From Amoebophrya sp. A120 (lineage: Eukaryota > Protista > Dinoflagellata), in the NCBI GenBank assembly GCA_905178155.1, contig CAJINV010000002.1, forward strand, positions 10,828,634 to 10,892,633: a stretch of 64,000 bases of DNA. Direction: 5' to 3'. Positions 36,930-50,400 of this stretch are shown here, one piece after another. The notes under the pieces were generated by a model. That model saw only the letters and a list, made by a program, of their open reading frames with translations. It searched no databases and was not told where the DNA came from. Position 1 is the stretch's first letter, and every line of letters starts with the position of its first letter. The position numbers and the translations under genes were made by a program.

Positions 36930-38190
36930 AGCGCAAGGAGGGATGAACGCTTTTTCGCTGTGTCTTCAAGAGGTAGTAGTCATTTGACTTTTATTTCTTC
37001 TTGTGTTTTGTTTTTCGCTTTCGGGGAAGGAAAACCCTATCTGTTGCTGGTAGTGATCAGCAGCTAGTTGGGGTTGTGTGGATGCCAGCCAGTATCAGGT
37101 CTTTCTCATCTATCCTTCTGTAAAGTAGCTCAGGCGAAAAAATTATTTTACTCGCATTCGAACGAGGCATAATTTTAGTAAAACTTGAAGCTCAGTGTCA
37201 ATATTTTTGAAATGCGAGCGTAAGTAGGGGCGGCGCAGTTAATTTTGGACGATGGGTCAACATTCGCTGATAGACGCGGGATAAAGTACGGTACTGGCAC
37301 GGCTCGTGCGATGTGTACGAAAGAGAAAGTCATGTATAAGCCAGATATGATGGAAACGCAATTTGCGTTTCCATCTGAATGAGAAGCTACGAACACGCAT
37401 GCGGCTGCAGAGGCAGTACTATGATTCTGCTGCAACTTCTTGCTACAATTACAACGCGGGCCCGTGCGTGCCGACAAGATGAGGGCGCTAGTCTTTTTAA
37501 TGTCCCTAGTGATACATAGACTGTAAAGTGTTAGCATACTTATTGAAAAGTATTCCAAAACCGATTTCCGTAATATGAGTAAGCGAATCCCCTTTCATTT
37601 CATAGTTTCTGTTTCAACAGCTCATTTCTATACCTTGACCGCGATTTTTCTTTGCATTTCGTTTTCACGCCGAAACCCACTTGTTTTCTGGTTTGCCTTT
37701 CCGAAGACTGTTTTTCGAAATTCTATCGTGTAAGATGTAAGTTGCAATGCAGACACTGGCAACCCTCGACGTCATCTTCAATCTCGTGCGAAGAAAGTAA
37801 TAGTCGTGCGCTCGATACGGATACGGTAAAAGAGAAACACATCGCTCGCCTTTTGGTGCCTCGTGTTTCAAACACTTCATCTTGCCTGTATGCAAAAACT
37901 TCGACCTGCGAATGAACAGATTGAAATAAAGTAAAAGGGCGACGTGAAGATGGGATGGGATCTGGTATCTGCCCCGTGTGTTTGCGGCGTCGTTGGTGCG
38001 AAAAATTTGTTGTTTGGAAAAGACATCCACGTCGTGCACCGACCAAAAGACAAAAGCAAAGACCGCTGCTCGCTTTCGATCGGTTCCCCGCGGCATGCAT
38101 GCAAGAAAATAAGTAACAGCACGAGCACGACGTGATCACACGAGGGAAGAAGAGTCTAGGGTCTCAGTTTGGAAAAAAGAAAACTTCAAG

Positions 38191-38601
38191 ATGTCCTCGT
38201 GTGATCAGGAGGCGGATGCTCTGGTACGGTGTGCAGCAAGCCCAGGTACTACATGATATGCATGCAGCTGTGTTCGAGTTCGTGGTACCACATATTGATA
38301 AGAGACGCACAAAGGCAACCACGATATTAGCAAAGGAACGAAGGGCAACTGCTCTGATTTTTGAACAAATCAGCTGCTCTGATTTTTGAACAAATCAGGT
38401 TCAGACGGATGCGCCGCGGCCTTTCTGGCCATGCGGGAATGCAACCGAGGCAAGGCGGAGCTGCGTTTTGACAGCGGAAAGTTGGAAGTAACAAACAAGG
38501 CAGAATACGCCGTAACGTCCTGCCCAGCACCACCATCGAGGAGTAATCTTGCCATGGCAGCGGACGCTTATGCAAAAAAACTACGTACTTACGATTATTA
38601 A
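38191..38601 (+). CDS. Small twin-CX9C (CHCH-fold) protein, 85 aa, probably mitochondrial intermembrane space
   Basis: Exons 38191-38245 and 38399-38601 (phase-1 GT-AG intron) give MSS-CDQEADALVRC-AASPGSDG-CAAAFLAMREC-NRG..., i.e. two CX9C motifs. Only the second exon appears in the ORF track. Confidence 0.75.
38349..38398 (+). repeat. Exact 25-bp tandem duplication of an intron 3' splice site
   Basis: ctgctctgatttttgaacaaatcag at 38349-38373 and 38374-38398. Confidence 0.95.
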
Positions 38602-39561
38602 AATTTCAATTTTGTACGTTGTTTGCGAGACAAAGCTTGTTTGTTTGTTTGTACGAGTGGAAACGTGGTTTTCCGGGTGAAGGTTGTGCCTTCTTCTCAC
38701 GTTCTTCTAGCGCTACTAAATAAAAACACTCGGGTGCGACAAGTGACTTTGCACTAACCCCTGAAAAAAGGAAGACAAAGCTTAATCAATCTAACAAACA
38801 AAAAAGCGAGCGGCTCATTTGTCTCGTCACTGCGAATAAAGAAGAGGCGAGAAGATTGTAGTGTGTAGGATACCTGTAGCGACAAGCTACTTAATACATA
38901 GAAGTGTAATGGTTGAAAAAAAAAAACAGATATTGGAGATGGCGTAAGCGCATTGCGGTTTTGATTGCGGCGGCCTCACTTTCACCGTTTCTCACTGCGG
39001 GGAGCACGGAATGGAAACAGGAGTGTGCGTCGGTTATTTGCACTACGTGAAGAATGCTTCAGAGCTCATCGCGGGGGGGCGGACGAAGAAGAGAAACAGA
39101 TCACGTGTGAAGATATGAGAATTTACTCATACATCAAACTGATGGAGTTGGCTGCATATCCATATAGCATACACGCTAAGGGATGAGACTGCTGCGTTTT
39201 AAGCAGGGTGGCAGCAGCGTTCCACGAACTCGGTTGCGATCAGGAGTGGGTCACTACCGGACACTAACACAACGCCGGATTCACGCTACTTACGCCAGTT
39301 GCGAACAATGCGATGTGTAATTTTGGGGATCCGTTACCACTTGTTGTTGATAGAGTCGGCTGATGTTGTCCGGGCAGGAGAAACATCAGCTTGTCTATCA
39401 TCTCATCGCAGATCTGATTTATTGCCAGCCGCTTGGTAGAGCAGTATAACGCTCGACCGTTCCGCTTCCGTTTGAGGAGAAATGTGATCGATCACCGGAA
39501 TTGTAAGTACTTTTACTCTATTTCGATGTGCGCTGCATAAGTCTACCACTCTACGAAAATT

Positions 39562-41655
39562 ATGGCGTCAGCGGACGACTGTCCTCCTCCCTTTGCCAGC
39601 AAAGAAGGAACGGCTGCACGACGGGCCCACATGTTTCGCGGGCTAGCAGCGCTGCTTGCCACCGGATTCGTGGTGAAGATCCTGACCTTCGCGTTGAATC
39701 TGTTACTAGCTCGGTACGTGTCGGCAGAAGAATATGGGCGGGGCTTCTATTTCACACTCTACAACTCCTTGGCGCTGTTTCTTCAGAAGGAGGGCTTCCG
39801 GCGGGCGGCGATGCGCTTGAAAGATTTCTCGGAACAGTGCCGCCTGCTAGTCTACGGCGTCGTTGGAACCGCTGCCGTGAATGTGCTCTGCTTTTGGTTC
39901 CTAATGCCAGACGAGTCGCTCGCAATCGCACAGCAATCTGCGGAAGAAGGGACCAGCATTTACGCACGGTTTCTCCCAGGCATATCTCGTGTCTCACCGC
40001 TGCTGCTTAGCTGGTGCCTGGTCGGCATTGCGACGCAACTGGAAGCTTTTCTCCTCGAGCCCTTCGCACTGTACGAACAGACTCGTGGGAGACTGGACAC
40101 GAGACCACTGGCGGAGGGAATCGGGCGCATCTTCAAAACGGTTGCTCTTGCAGTGTTGGTATTGGTGTGCGGAACGCAGTACACTCTCGCATGCGCCCTC
40201 GCAGAGTTTGTGTACGTGTTAGTCACGTTCTCCGTCTACTTACAGCGGGTACAGATCCCGGAGACACTAACAGTTGCTGACGTTCTGAATCCTGCAGTGG
40301 ATCGCGAATACGTTATGGTCAGTAAAGATGAGGATGTGAAATCCAGCGAGTGCAGCGCATCAAGTTCCGTGACAGGGAGCGGTGACGGGCCCGAGCAAAG
40401 TCGGCCTCGTCTGCGCAAGGGAGTTATCACCCCACTTCAGTTGGGAAAGCTGATGTACAGGCGCGGTCTCCCGTCGTTTCTGCAACCTTCAGACTTCACC
40501 GAGTTCGAACTGAGCGCGGAGTCCTCGGAGCTGGCACGAAGTATGCTAGTCCTCTCTGTACAGAAACTTGCGCTGGCGGAAGGCGAGAAAATGCTTCTGG
40601 TGTATCTGTTTCCTGACCCTGCCGTGTGGGGAACCTTCGCGCTGGTGACAAATCTGGGTTCGCTAGTTCTGCGTCTGCTGTTTGCACCGATCGAGGATTT
40701 GGCGTTCACCTTTTTTAGTACCAGTGCAGATGCAAATCCAAATGCGGGAAGCGGAGGTGCTCCAGGTGAAGTACCACTTGGTGCTGACGGGTCTTCGGCC
40801 GGAACGCTGACGAAAGCTTCGGCCTCCGGCAGCAATGGAAGCACTACTGCGAAAGCCGAAAGACGGCGCGCGGGAGCAGCGTCCGACAGAGATATCGCCG
40901 CGGAAGAGAAACTACCACCTGAAAGCACCACTACTGAGAGCGAAACAGAGGGCGCGACGATCTTTGCTACTTTGCTTGCACTGCAGGGCGGTATCGGGTA
41001 TTTGGCGCTTCTGTACGGCCCACCAAACGCGTACCTGGCTGTGCGCCTTCTTTACGGACCGCAGTGGGCGGATGTTGCAGCAAACGAAGCCGTGCTGTCT
41101 CTCCGCTTGTACTGCGGATTTCTCTTTACCGCAAGCCTGAATGGTATTCTGGAGGCGTACACACACGCGCGTGCGCCGACGACTTGGCTGAACCGGAATG
41201 TTGCTTACCAGTTCGCAATCAGCTTTTTGCTCGGGGTTAGCAGCCTGTTTCTCCACAAATTTTTCCATTGGCGTGCAGCAGCGATTCTGGGGGCGAATAC
41301 ATTGTGCATGGGAGCACGGGTACTGCGCTGCGTTGTTTTCCTGCTGGAGAAGGACGAACTGCCGCGTACGCTAAAAGTGCCTATCTCTGTGCGGGAACTT
41401 GTGGAGGTGCTTACCATCTGGAGCTGTGCAGCGGGATCGGCGTGCTTACTAGTGTTAACGTTTGGAGCGGTAGCTGCACCAGTGAGTCTGTTGCCGGCTG
41501 CAAACAGCAATGATCTTCTTCTGCTAGTAGCAAAGCACGGAAGCGTCGTTGGCATAGCACTCGGGATGAGCGCACTAGTCTCTCGAAGGTACCTGGTTCG
41601 CTTCAGTGCGCACTGTCGAGAACTAGTGTCCGCGGCAAAGACCAAGCACGACTGA
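39562..41655 (+). CDS. RFT1: RFT1 (Man5GlcNAc2-PP-dolichol translocation-associated membrane protein), intronless
   Basis: Multi-TM protein with KILTFALNLLLARY, LFLQKEGFRRA, KLALAEGEKMLL, GTFALVTNLGSLVLRLLFAPIED, LLYGPQW, LNGILEAY. Confidence 0.92.
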   Translation: MASADDCPPPFASKEGTAARRAHMFRGLAALLATGFVVKILTFALNLLLARYVSAEEYGRGFYFTLYNSLALFLQKEGFRRAAMRLKDFSEQCRLLVYGVVGTAAVNVLCFWFLMPDESLAIAQQSAEEGTSIYARFLPGISRVSPLLLSWCLVGIATQLEAFLLEPFALYEQTRGRLDTRPLAEGIGRIFKTVALAVLVLVCGTQYTLACALAEFVYVLVTFSVYLQRVQIPETLTVADVLNPAVDREYVMVSKDEDVKSSECSASSSVTGSGDGPEQSRPRLRKGVITPLQLGKLMYRRGLPSFLQPSDFTEFELSAESSELARSMLVLSVQKLALAEGEKMLLVYLFPDPAVWGTFALVTNLGSLVLRLLFAPIEDLAFTFFSTSADANPNAGSGGAPGEVPLGADGSSAGTLTKASASGSNGSTTAKAERRRAGAASDRDIAAEEKLPPESTTTESETEGATIFATLLALQGGIGYLALLYGPPNAYLAVRLLYGPQWADVAANEAVLSLRLYCGFLFTASLNGILEAYTHARAPTTWLNRNVAYQFAISFLLGVSSLFLHKFFHWRAAAILGANTLCMGARVLRCVVFLLEKDELPRTLKVPISVRELVEVLTIWSCAAGSACLLVLTFGAVAAPVSLLPAANSNDLLLLVAKHGSVVGIALGMSALVSRRYLVRFSAHCRELVSAAKTKHD

Positions 41656-42806
41656 TGGAAACAGTGCCCACTTCTGCACATGTGCTCGCTTCGTACGGCA
41701 GAAGTTGCAAAGATCAGAATAGTAGTTGAAGGAGTACAGCGCGTGCCGTGCAACGGCGATATAAGTCGGAACCGTAGTAGAGTCGGAAAACCTAAGCAGG
41801 ATCAGACCGTACTAGCATTTGCGAATGTCCAAGACATTCGAAAATGCTATCAAGACAGTCTTGTCACACATCTGGCGCGCAAAGGTACACCTGCGCGAAG
41901 ATCTTGTCTCAGATCAGCAACGTGTTGCAGCGATACGGTCGTTGCAAGAAGAGCTAAGTACTCCCAGATCAACACGATGACTCAGCGATATTCTGTGACC
42001 ACTATAGTCACGTTCCAAGCAAGTACTACTTCGCACAGCAAGCTGCCCCGATGCAAAGACCTTTCTGCAGGATCCTCTTACTCTGCAATCGCAATCAAAG
42101 GTGAGCGAGAACACCGATCGGTTACCAGTTCCTTCCTGATGACAGAGCGAATTCCATGTCTTGAGTGGCAGTGGCATTTTCCATTTTCAGTTGCATGGCA
42201 ATGCTGCGGATGACAAACGATCTTGAGTGTTTCACGCATCTCCTTTTTTCATCAAATTGTACAAACTGCAACAGCATCCAAGCCTCCGCATGCCCAGCAC
42301 GACTCGATCTTTCGGTTCCCCCTAGCCTTGAATTTGTGTACAGATCCTTACTACAATATACCTCTCTGAAAACACGCCATATCTACGTTACTTTTCCCTG
42401 CGCAAACGATCTGAATTTCCTCGGTCCCTACAGTACTTTCATTCTCTACACGATCTCCATTCACGCTCGCACGAATCCGGATAGGTTTCGGCGCTTTGGC
42501 GATTTTCCATTTTACCATCATCTGCGACGAAAATACAACAACAGGCACACACAGGATCTTCCGCATTTTTCTCGGCTCGAGGACCGTTTCTCGTCCGCAA
42601 AGCAACGTTTGTCCTATTCCGGTGCGCTTTTTTTCGCCCGGAGTAGAGATCCCGAAGATCAATCTTTACACTTGGACGTGACAGATTTTCACAACAACAA
42701 TATTTCTCACAACATTTTTGACAAATATAGTTTAGTGAAGTATTTCTGATCGCACCTTGTTGGAGTCTTTCTAGAGCAGACAGACCCGAAAGGTACCCCA
42801 AGAAAG

Positions 42807-45800
42807 ATGGCACTGTTTTTGCGACGAGCCCTCGGGGCGACCGCCCTTCTCGGCAGTGTGGCATTCGCGGAGGAGGAAGTCGCGGCAACGACGGAGGAGG
42901 TAGCAAAAGAAGAAATAAAGGATGACAAGAAGGTCGACGGCTTCTCCTCCGACGAAATTGCAAAGGTATTCATTCTATTTGTTGACCCTAATGTGGATGG
43001 TTTTTGTCTCCTTTACTATTGTGCAACAAAGCAAATGTTCTTCCTCTCCCTGCGTGATACGCTTGCCATCTCAATCCTATGACAAAACCAATGTGACCAA
43101 TAAACCAGATGGCAGAGGGCGGAGAGAAACACGAGTTCCAGGCAGAAGTGTCGCGTTTGATGGATATCATCATCAACTCGCTGTACACGGACAAGCAGGT
43201 TTTCCTTCGTGAGTTGATCTCCAACGCCGCCGATGCCCTGGAGAAAGCAAGGTAACATTTGTGACGTAGGCTTTTTCTGCATCTGCTCATCGTGTGAGTA
43301 GTGCCGCCACTTGCATTCGATTTGGTTGCAGGTAATGATTTCCAGCTTGGCATAAGTACTTCGGTCGTTATAAGTGCGCTCTGCAGTTTTCACTTCAACA
43401 GCATCATCTATCATATCATGGTAAAAACTACACAAACAACAGGTTTTACTCCGTGCAGGAAGCCTCCTTCCTTGGTGACACCAAGGACCTGGAGATCAAG
43501 ATTGAGTTCGACCCGGAAGCGAAGACTCTGTCTATCACCGATACCGGTGTTGGTATGAGCAAGGCGGACTTGATCAACAACTTGGGTACAGTCGCCAAGT
43601 CAGGAACCACCAACTTTCTCGAGGCCATGGCCGAGGGTGGCGACCACACGAACTTGATCGGTCAGTTCGGTGTCGGTTTCTACTCCGCGTTCCTGGTTGC
43701 CGACAAGGTTGCCGTCACCTCCAAGAACAACGACGATGATGGGCAGCACGTGTGGGAATCCACCGCAGATGCCGCCTTCACCGTGTCCGAGGACCCGCGA
43801 GGCTCCACCTTGGGCCGTGGTAAGTGTTTGTGTGACCATGATGTGTAGGTGTGGTGGTTCTCTTGCATGAAGTGTCAACCAGTACTAGACACGACTTTCA
43901 TCTTCTTGTCCTCCTCGTGTGCTTGAATTTGTGCCTCACTATTCCTACTCGCATTGATGTCACAAATCGGCTGTTAACATGATCCCCTATCAGGTTCCCG
44001 CGTCACTCTCTTCCTGAAGGAGGATGCTCAGGACTTCTTGAACGAGCACAAGCTGAAGGAGACCCTCGTGAAATTCTCGCAGTTCATCCAGTACCCGATC
44101 TACCTGAAGGTCAAGAAGGAGGTCGAGGCAGAAGAGGAGGAGGACGACGACGAAGAGGAAGACGAAGATGCCGAGGCTGAGGACGATGAGGAGAAGGAGA
44201 AGAAGGAAAAGAAGAAGGAGCCCAAGGAAAAAAAGAAGACCACCATCTACGAGTGGGAACAGGTATCTATTCGCTCGTGCTCCCTTATCTCGCTTTATCA
44301 GATCGTGTTTCATTTTCGTCCGTGTAGAAGTGGCGGTACTCATTTTTTCTGAATACTCAGCGGAGGATGAAGCACTGCTTTTGTGCAAAATCAGGAGCTT
44401 AATCACATGAGCATACTCACTCTCCACGGAATGTTCTTCCACCACACTATTGTCGTTCCCATATCAACACCCTCTCAGGTCAACACCCAGAAGGCCATCT
44501 GGTTGCGTTCCAAGGACGAGGTGACGGACGAGGAGTACACCGACTTCTACAAGGCCATTTCCAAGGACTACATGGAACCCCTTGCCAACACCCACTTCAA
44601 CGCCGAGGGTGAGATTGACTTCAAGTCCATCCTGTTCGTGCCCAAGAAGGCCCCGATGGACATGCTGGACAACTACTGGACCAAGAAGTCCGAGGTCAAG
44701 CTGTACGTCCGCCGCGTGCTGGTCGCCGAGAAGTTCGAGGATCTCCTCCCGCGCTACCTGAACTTTATCCGCGGTGTCGTCGACAGTGACGACCTGCCGC
44801 TCAACGTGTCCCGCGAGCAGCTGCAGCAGAACAAGATCATGAAGGTGATCACCAAGAAGCTGGTCCGCAAGGTCCTGGAGCTGCTGAAGAAGATGTCCAA
44901 GGACGCCGAGTCCGACAAGGACGAGGACGACGACGAGGAGGGCGAAGACGGCGAGGAAAAGAAGGAGAAGAAGAAGGACAAGAACGCCGAGTCCCACTAC
45001 GACACCTTCTACAAGGAGTTCGGCAAGAACTTGAAGATGGGCTGCTACGAGGACGATGCCAACCGCTCCAAGATCAGCAAGCTGCTCCGCTTCACCACCA
45101 CCAAGTCGAACGACAAGGAAATCTCCCTCGACTCATACCTGGACAACATGCCGGAAAAGCAAGACTCCATCTACTTCGCCAGTGGTAAGACTATTGTAGC
45201 GTTTTGTTTATTCTGTGTTGCAATTCATCATTTTCAGTACACACAGCTGTCTCATTCATGCGTCTGATGTGGAACAATTGCCATTCAGATTTCCACTTCC
45301 ATTGCAATCCCGCCCTTGGATGAAACATCGGTTCAATCACAAAACAGGTGAATCCATGGAGACGCTCCTGAAGCTGCCGAACTTGCAGATCTTCAAGAAG
45401 AAGAACATTGAGGTCCTGCTGTTGACGGATCACCTGGACGAGCCGTGCATCCAGAAGTTGGCAGACTACGAGGGCAAGAAGTTCGTGTCCATCCAGAAGG
45501 CGGATGTCAAGCTCGAGGAAACCGAAGAGGAAATCAAGCGCTTCAACAAGATGAAGGACATGTACAAGCCGCTTACCGACTGGTGGAAGGAGCTCCTCAC
45601 CAAGCTCACCGAATCCGGCGGCATGAAGAGCAGCGGCGTCAAGATCGACGGTAAGGAATTTTTCGGCGCTGTGGTGAAAACTTTTTTGGCTGGGGTTTTG
45701 TTTACTGTAGGTGTGATGTGAAATGAAGGTACTTATTTTGCAAGTCCGTCATTGCCTTTGCCGTAATCAAATAATCAGGTGTCGTCCTCTCCAAGCGTCT

Positions 45801-46423
45801 CACAGAATCTCCTTGCGTTGTCGTCACCTCCCAGTTCGGGTATTCCGCTCACCAGGAGAAGATCATGCGCGCACAGGCCTTCCAGAACAAGGACCAGATC
45901 CAGATGATGGCCGGAAGGAAGACTCTCGAGATCAACGGAAACCACCCGGTACATAATATTCGTTTTGCTTCTTTTTGCTTACATTCGCAAAAACTTCATC
46001 CTTCTGTGCCACAGTGCGCTGCGCGTACGTGAGTCACATTGCATGTGTCAAGAATCTTATCGCTCCGTTGTTCTACAAGTCAAAATGGAAAAATCCATCA
46101 CAAATCAGGTTGTCCACAACTTGCTCCAGAAAGTGAAGGAATCCAAGGACGATCCGAAGACCGCAAACAGCGCCGAGATGCTGTTCCAGACGGCGCTTAT
46201 CGAGTCTGGTTACGAGCTTTCCGACCCGGCCGACTTGGCTGCGCGCGTCTACAAGCTGATGGCAGCGCAGCTCGGTGTCGACCCGGAGGAGGGCATTCGG
46301 GAAATCGAGCTTCCGGAAGACGAGGAGGAGGAAGAGGCCGATGAGGAGGCTGAGGATGCGAAGTCCGAGGACAAGAAGGAGGAAGAGGAGGTCGAGGAGG
46401 AAAAGAAGGACGAAGAGTTGTAA
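42807..46423 (+). CDS. HSP90B1: ER HSP90 (GRP94/endoplasmin), 8 exons, ~813 aa
   Basis: Signal peptide; [75 protein letters not shown]; C-terminal KDEEL. Exons 42807-42965, 43109-43251, 43443-43819, 43994-44262, 44479-45184, 45348-45650, 45779-45948, 46109-46423; all introns GT-AG and in frame. Confidence 0.96.
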
Positions 46424-47445
46424 GAATCCGATAGCGGAGTTTTGTACAGTCTAGATGAAACGACGAGGAGCGACAACATGATAGACGACGACACAAAATT
46501 TTCCATGGGTTTTTACCACAACATCTAATGTCCAATCTTTTCTACTTAGCACTCGAGTTTCTACTACATCCTGAAAAGTGTTTTTCTCTCTCTCAAAAAA
46601 GGGGGGGCGTATCTAGGTTTTGTAATACAAAGTAGTACACTAAGAATACAAGAGCTGTCAACTACAAATGTACCTTTGACAACACACAGTGCTGTGCTTG
46701 TATTGCGGCAAAACATGTAATGACCATTGTATTTTCAGTTGCCTCGCAATTTGTTGTACTACACTTAGAAACGTCTAGACCCTCAAGACACTACCGGAGG
46801 GCCGTTTCCACGAAACGGCGCCTTCGCTTTTTATGACTACTTTTTTGGATTTGACTACTTCTGATGCGATGAGAAACACTTATCGTTCATTGTTATGTTT
46901 GATTGTTGATGTCAATTGGATGACAAATATGGTATATGATACTGATTACTTTTTCCTCTGATGTGGTTGTTGCTTTCCGATGCATCGCGTCGTAAGCATG
47001 GCCACCAAAGACCGCTTTCTCAATTTTCGCTTTGTAAAAGACTAGCTCTTGATACATCTCGAATTCAAAGCGCACGCGCGAAAGCACAAGAAAAAAAGGC
47101 CGCGATATAGTTCGGGGCTACTCAAGCCACCCATGGCGATTCTCAACCTGTTCAATGTTTTTTTCTTTCTGTCGAGTGCATTAGATGGATGAATGTAACA
47201 TTTGTACTAGCAGTTGCTTTCGGCGAGCGAGGTGTCAAGCGGAGGGCACACACAGTCGCGAGGGACCCCAGAGTTAAGTGTGGCTGTAACATCACGCCGA
47301 CATCTTTTCTCATTCAATCGATGCAATCTTGACACACTTGGAAACAGCTGTCTCACAGAAACATGTCCCTACGCAGAAACTGCTTCTAAGAGAACTGCGC
47401 CGGCATATGCCATCCACCCGGTTGCGAAACTGACAACATCGAGCG

Positions 47446-50400
47446 ATGGCGCGCAGCTCAAATTATCCTGCGTACGTCCTGCTCGTGCCAGTGGGGTTCT
47501 CTCGCGCATTAGATTGGGGGTATGACCACCTGTCGAAATGTCAGGGCCAGCAGAAGGAAGTCGCATCGTGCGACCTGTCAGCGTGTGCATCGGAGGAATG
47601 CCTCGACTGCGTCTGGGGATCATGGTACGTGTACGCAACGTAAATATCGCGTGTGAAAAGATCATTATACGAAGCAGTGTCCGGGGTACCCGTAATACAA
47701 CTTACACAAAACATAATTCCAGGTCGTCGTTCTCCGCATGTGCCTGCAATGGTCTCCAGGAGCGACACCGTGAAATCTACTCGCACAACAATGGTTGTGG
47801 GAAGCCATGCGACGGCCCGATGTCAGAGACGGTCAGCTGCGAGCCGGACTGTCAGAAGCCAAAAGTAGACTGCGCACTGTCATCTTGGTCGTATTGGTCA
47901 ACATGTTCCGAGCCCTGCGGTGGAGGGGATACATTTCGGACGCGATCAATAGAAACGAAGGCAAGCAACGGCGGTGCACCGTGCGAAGCGAGCATGAAGG
48001 AAGTCTCAACATGTAACACGACACCATGCCACGACGCCGTGGACTGCGCACTAAACGAGTGGAGCTCATGGGGCGAATGTATTCATTTAGATGGCGTCCT
48101 TGATGATTTGGTAGATGAATGTGAGTGTAGTTGAATGTGAGTGCGGTATAAACGCCCCCTTAAGGTACGTGGAAGCCTTAAGTCATATTGGTAAGGAACC
48201 ATTCTAAGTTATATAGGTAGCAAAACATGCGGCAACGGTGAAATGAAGCGAACGCGGACGGTCTTGAATGAAGCGCGATTCGGCGGAAAGCTTTGCGATT
48301 TAACCAGTCTCGAGGAAGTGGCAGCGTGTGGAACGGATCCCTGCGACGTCGTTGAGGATTGCGTCTGGGGAGACTGGAGTTACTGGTCCGCATGCTCCCA
48401 GTCGTGCGGTGGGGGCCAGAAATCGCGGGCGAGGAATATCGACGTTGCCCCACGGAACGGCGGCCTGCACTGCGAGGCAAAAACTATGAGCGAAACGACG
48501 GGGTGCAACGAGCAGAGCTGCAGCGAGGTGCAGGATTGTGTCATCGGCGAGTGGACCGAGTGGGATGCCTGCTCTTGCAGTTGCAATGGTATTGTAAAAA
48601 GCTGCAAGTTCATGTTCAAGTTCATCTACTGCTCTGTTTTGCTGGTCCCGTGACGGCCCGTTGAGTAGAATCAACAATTCTTGTACAGTTGCGTGACCGA
48701 ACTTTGATGTTCAATTGTGCGAGACAACAAACAGGTATTCAGCAGCGCACGAGGCACATCGATGAGTTCCCACTGAACGGTGGGAAGGTCTGTCAGGGCG
48801 CGCTAAAAGAGATCCAGAGTTGCAATACGGGCCACGTTTGCGATCCGCCCCCCGGTCCAGCACCCATCGACTGTTTGCTTGAAGAGTGGTCGGATTGGTC
48901 CGTTTGTACTGCAAAGTGCGGCGGGGGCGTAACAAAACGGCACCGCAAAATTGCAACTTTTCCCGACTTCGGGGGCAAGGGCTGCGACGGAGAACTGGAG
49001 CAAGTGGAGATGTGCAACGAGCATCTCTGTGCGGAAGATATTCCGCCGCACGACGTTCCAATAAATTGCGACTGGGCGGAGTGGTAACCGCTTGATTGGC
49101 TTCTTGTGATCGCGTTGCACCATTTTTCGAAGTTGGTCGTTTGTATGATTGATGACAAGCATGTCGCTGTGCCGCAACGTAAAGCGGTGAAGACAAAAAA
49201 TGAAACTCAGGGACGAGTGGGGACCCTGTTCCGCTAGTTGCGGCCACGGTCAGCGCAACCGGCACCGCGAAATCAAAACCATGCCAAACAAGGTCGGTAA
49301 GCCTTGTGAAGAGGGCGCAATGTTTGAAGTGGAACACTGCGAGGGCCAGCACTGTGGTGACAAGGATTGCATCTGGTCTGAGTGGACGGCCTACGGTGCC
49401 TGTCCGTGTACCGGCTTGCGGGAACGGAGTAGACACATCGTTCAGCATTACAGCGGGCCACACGGCAAGCCCTGCGAAGGCGCCGCCGTGGAAACGCGGG
49501 CCTGCTATCCACAGCAAATTTACCTCAAACACCGACCACAGAAACATGGCAATTCATCTTCCTCAGGATACAGAAATCCGATATTCTAATCTCGGGTTGA
49601 CGAAATCATTTTTGCTGTCAGAAGAGAGCGTGTGGTGGTGCGGTAAATTTTTGTTGGGTTGCATACCTGCCAGCCGGATTGCATTAAGGACCAGATTGAT
49701 TGCGTAGCGTCTGAGTGGGGCGACTGGAGTGAGTGCACGGCGACGTGCAACGGCGGCCAGCAGTTCCGGCAGAAGATGATTGAGGCGGAAGTGTTAAACG
49801 GGGGCCGACCCTGCCAGACCGATCTGAAAGAGACCCGGGGGTGCAACCAGGACGTCGTTTGTTACGACCAAATGCCGGAAGACTGCTTAATGACTGAGTG
49901 GAGTTACTGGAGCACCTGCAGCGTCACCTGTGGCGAAGGACAAAAAAGCCGCGAACGCACCATCCAGCGCCACCCGGCCTGGGGCGGAAAGACCTGCGAG
50001 CGAGAGTCTTTAGTCGAGGTAGTTTTTCGTGCAGTTTTCTTCGCCCTTTTTTGTTCCCGCAGCGAAGTTGGACATTTTTTTTCCGGAAGACGTGTTTCTC
50101 TTATTCGGGATCTGCTTTGTCCATCACCATCTTTAATGCCCTGACATCACAGACAAAAGGCTGCACCATGGAGCAGTGCCCAGAAGACGTAGACTGTGTG
50201 TGGGGAGAGTGGACCGAATGGAACGACTGCAGTGCTACCTGCGGAAACGGAGTGCACGAGCGGGAACGTGGCATTGATGTACGAATATCATGTGTTTTTT
50301 TCGCATTTGAGTTGCATTGCCTAACCCTAGTGTGAAAAACTCGACATCTTAGCCATGAAAGACATGCAAAAATTGTCGATGCAAAACATCAAAAATAAAA

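Noticed and set aside
521-41700. Genome-wide TGA reassignment, suggested by in-frame TGAs at 701, 1142, 12480 and by ORF 41680 lying in frame after the RFT1 stop
   Set aside because: The many conserved Trp and Cys positions in the TSR and HSP90 exons use TGG/TGY with no internal stops, and TGA ends several genes at plausible C-termini.
47133-47192. Signal-peptide-like mini ORF (MAILNLFNVFFFLSSALDG) as first exon of TSR gene A
   Set aside because: It stops after 19 codons with no convincing splice connection, and ATG 47446 already provides a hydrophobic N-terminus.
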